64,000 bases of DNA from positions 3,534,001 through 3,598,000 of the forward strand of contig CM068770.1 of NCBI GenBank assembly GCA_035084275.1, given 5' to 3'. The DNA is from Hydrolagus colliei (lineage: Eukaryota). Under the pieces are notes generated by a model. The model was not told the origin of the DNA and did no database searches. It saw only the letters and a list, made by a program, of their open reading frames with translations. Below, in pieces: positions 61,615-64,000 of the stretch. The translations under genes and the position numbers were made by a program. Position 1 is the first letter of the stretch; each line of letters starts with the position of its first letter.

Positions 61615-62314
61615 TAGTAACAATATTGAGAATCTCACGTACCAAATGCTGCGTTTACACTGCACCCGTGTGTTGAGTGAGTGCGTTTAGCAATAAGTAC
61701 TGCAGATGGTTTGGTGTTAACCTTTTGATGTAGTGCAAACTCGCGCTGAGTCGAGTAGAGCCAAGGACATTGGGGGGGACTTTTGGCTTTTTAGCTCAGT
61801 GACATTTACAGTCTGAAGATCACTGCGGTGGGTACGGCAGATGACACTCTCGCTGCCTCAGATGCAATCACCGCAGGAAGCCCTTCAGAGTAACATTCGA
61901 ACGAGACTGAAAGGCAGCGCTCGAAATAAAACGGAGCTGAAATCAGGAACAGGAAAATCGATTGGGAAATTTAGACGACTTTGGTTCCAAATAACTTCTA
62001 CGCGTGTCTAGCCGCTTGTGACGTTCTCCTGACGTGAAAGGCACTATACAAGTGTCATTTTGTTGTTGTTGTTACTTTGTAAAGATTGGCCTTCGCTGCT
62101 GTAGTATGTAGTAAGCCACATGTGTGTTTTTTTGTGTGTGAGATTTGCACACAGTATTTTACACAAACAGCCGTGAAGTTGAAAATGGACAGTTTTATTT
62201 GTGTGGGGTGGGGGTGGGGACAGCGGGAGAGAGAGAAATTCACTTCTCTTTTTGGATAACGGCACAGAATCCTTAACATCCTCCTGGACAACAACATCGA
62301 TTGCATTGATATAT

Positions 62315-62620
62315 TTTGCCTTTTCACGTCGGGAGAATGTCCCTGGGCGCTAGACAGTGAAGGGTTTGCTCCTGAGCTGACGGTTGGAGTCAACAGTGGT
62401 GACACGGGATTGGGGTGGTGGGTGGGGGGGTCAGGGAGGGTGGAGATGGAAGGATGACCCAAGCAGTGGTCGAAGAGGAAGGTTTTGAGGCGAGCCTTGA
62501 AGGAGGCAAGGAAGGGGGCGTCGTGGAGAGGGCTCTGGGTGGGAGTTCCGGAGGTAGAGAGGTTGAAGGCCCAACTGACGGTGGGGGAAGGGGCAGGGCG
62601 GAGGACATGGACACGCCCAC
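62315..62620 (-). mobile_element. L2-clade LINE 3' end
   Basis: Minus frame ...APFLASFKARLKTFLFDHC, then a C-rich 3' UTR and the L2 tail agcgcccagggacattctcccgacgtgaaaaggc. Confidence 0.8.
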
Positions 62621-63049
62621 AAAGTGTTGACGAGTGCCCATCGTTTGCAATCACGATTGATTCCCGTTGATGGGCGTTTGACCACAGGGAGCTTCAGAAA
62701 CGGACTCCCACCTCATCTCACCTTTTCATTTCTTTCTTAATTGACCCCGATGAGTGAGGTGAGGAATTTTATCTCCCCAAAGAGGCCTGACGTAAGGTAT
62801 AAGGCGAACATGGTTTGAATCACACAAGTCCACGTCGACCTTTAGGAGCAATGAAACTGACCCCACTTGACTTGAATGTTCCTTGCAGTTGAGTGTATCG
62901 ACAGGAACGTTGAAGGCTTCCCCCCCACCCCACCCTCACGCTTGGTCGTTTTCAGAGCCAGAGTTATAAAGTGTCTGCGGTCTTAATACTCGTGGATTTT
63001 CCAAGTGAATGAAACATTCTTGTCTTTCCCTCTCTCACTCTCTGCGTAG

Positions 63050-63196
63050 GTCGGGCGAGTCTATATGAGAAGGCTTCTTTACGGATTGACCAGCTCCGTT
63101 CCGAGGACCAGGGGTGGTACGAGTGCAAGGTGCTTATGTTGGATCAGCAATATGACACATTTCACAACGGTAGCTGGGTGTATCTTACAGTAAATG
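63050..63196 (+). CDS. IGSF9B: IGSF9B internal coding exon, equivalent to exon 3; C-terminal half of Ig domain 1
   Basis: Polypyrimidine tract plus acceptor tctctcactctctgcgtag| and donor AATG|gtgagt. 147 nt, phase 1-1, in frame with the previous exon. Translates (G)RASLYEKASLRIDQLRSEDQGWYECKVLMLDQQYDTFHNGSWVYLTVN, with the Ig F-strand motif D-x-G-W-Y-x-C. Missing from the supplied ORF track. Confidence 0.96.
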
Positions 63197-63299
63197 GTGA
63201 GTAACTTTTAGTTTGGTGCACAGTGAATACGTGACCCGCCACACATACTCACACACACACACACTGATGGAAACCAAACTGACTGAAACCATGCATCCC

Positions 63300-63705
63300 A
63301 CCGAGAGACCTAAGTTCAATTCCAGGCAGTGGGGGAAAACCTTGGGCAAGTTTAATAATACTAACAATAATCCCTCGAAACAAAATGACAATAAATTGCG
63401 CATTTCAATCCACAACTGTTTATGGGGGGACGCTGCTGTGCGCAATTGGCTGCCGCGTTTCGCCCACAAATATATATATACAGTCGATTCACTTTACAGT
63501 GTATTCTGTGAAGTGCTTTGAGACGTGGATAAGATGTGAAAAGCACTAGCTCAAATGCAAGGCTTATTACTGCTATTATCCTCAAGATGTATAAAGCGCT
63601 TCACGGACTATACTGTGAAGTGGAGTGACAGTACATTAGATGAAACGTGGCAGCCGATTGCGCACAGCAGCTTCCCACAAACGGTCGTGGGTTGAATGAC
63701 CAATT
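63300..63705. mobile_element. Tail-to-tail SINE pair (+ copy 63300-63580, - partial copy 63594-63705)
   Basis: A plus copy about 100 nt after the exon donor, followed by a reverse body aaagcgcttcacgg...cagccgattgcgcacagcagc...tgaatgaccaattt. Confidence 0.82.
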
Positions 63706-64000
63706 TATCTATCTGCCCGTTCGATTTCCCATTAAATCCAGCTGAATTTCTGTGCATTAATCTTAACAACAAGACCAACAACAAGTTACCACGTAACTCA
63801 TCACGCCACGACCGCACTTACTGTGTGAAGTGGCTCAGCTTCTGCATACGAGGAACGTACAGTGAAACGCATCAACTCACAAAAGCGTTGCTTCCCCCAC
63901 CGATGGGCGCGGGCCTTTGTCAACTTAAAATGGGTTTTGCGTTGTAATTAATTGTTCGGACTTAAGACATTAAGATCCTTCAGTCGCAGCTCAATTGCGG

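Larger units (their letters stand above)
43275..63049 (+). other. IGSF9B: IGSF9B intron (GT-AG, phase 1, ~19.8 kb)
   Basis: GT at 43275 and AG at 63048-63049. Joining the exons gives ...PEYA-G-RASL..., contiguous with the known protein. Confidence 0.92.

Noticed and set aside
1-64000. CRISPR array or prokaryotic defence system suggested by the recurring palindromic repeat
   Set aside because: The repeats are dispersed, irregularly spaced, on both strands and part of SINE or L2 tails. There are no spacers or cas-like ORFs, and the DNA is vertebrate intron.

Overview
This is vertebrate nuclear DNA, not microbial. The repeat content (tRNA-derived SINEs with a Deu-type 3' part, L2 and shark-type CR1 LINE ends) points to a cartilaginous fish, probably a chimaera; that assignment is inference. 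The only recognisable host gene is IGSF9B (protein turtle homolog B, + strand). Two coding exons, 43077-43274 (198 nt) and 63050-63196 (147 nt), together encode the first Ig domain. The signal-peptide exon was not found, so nearly the whole window is probably intron 1 (>43 kb) and intron 2 (~19.8 kb). The introns carry roughly 50-60 copies or fragments (counted by eye) of one ~330-bp tRNA-headed SINE in long and short forms, many L2 3' ends, several CR1 3' ends, older Deu-domain SINE relics, two Tigger/pogo-like MITEs, Penelope-type end fragments, microsatellites and one 130-N assembly gap. Almost all ORFs in the supplied track are chance frames through these repeats. I cannot support a claim of a wholly new biological system. 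The best leads are the modular SINE/L2 family (shared 3' hairpin, internal deletion, anticodon drift), recurrent fold-back SINE pairs, inverted SINEs around a stop-free symmetric exon, a decayed hammerhead-like motif, and ancient SINE or unique segments that may be enhancers. Repeat coordinates are approximate (about +/-10-20 nt); exon coordinates are exact.
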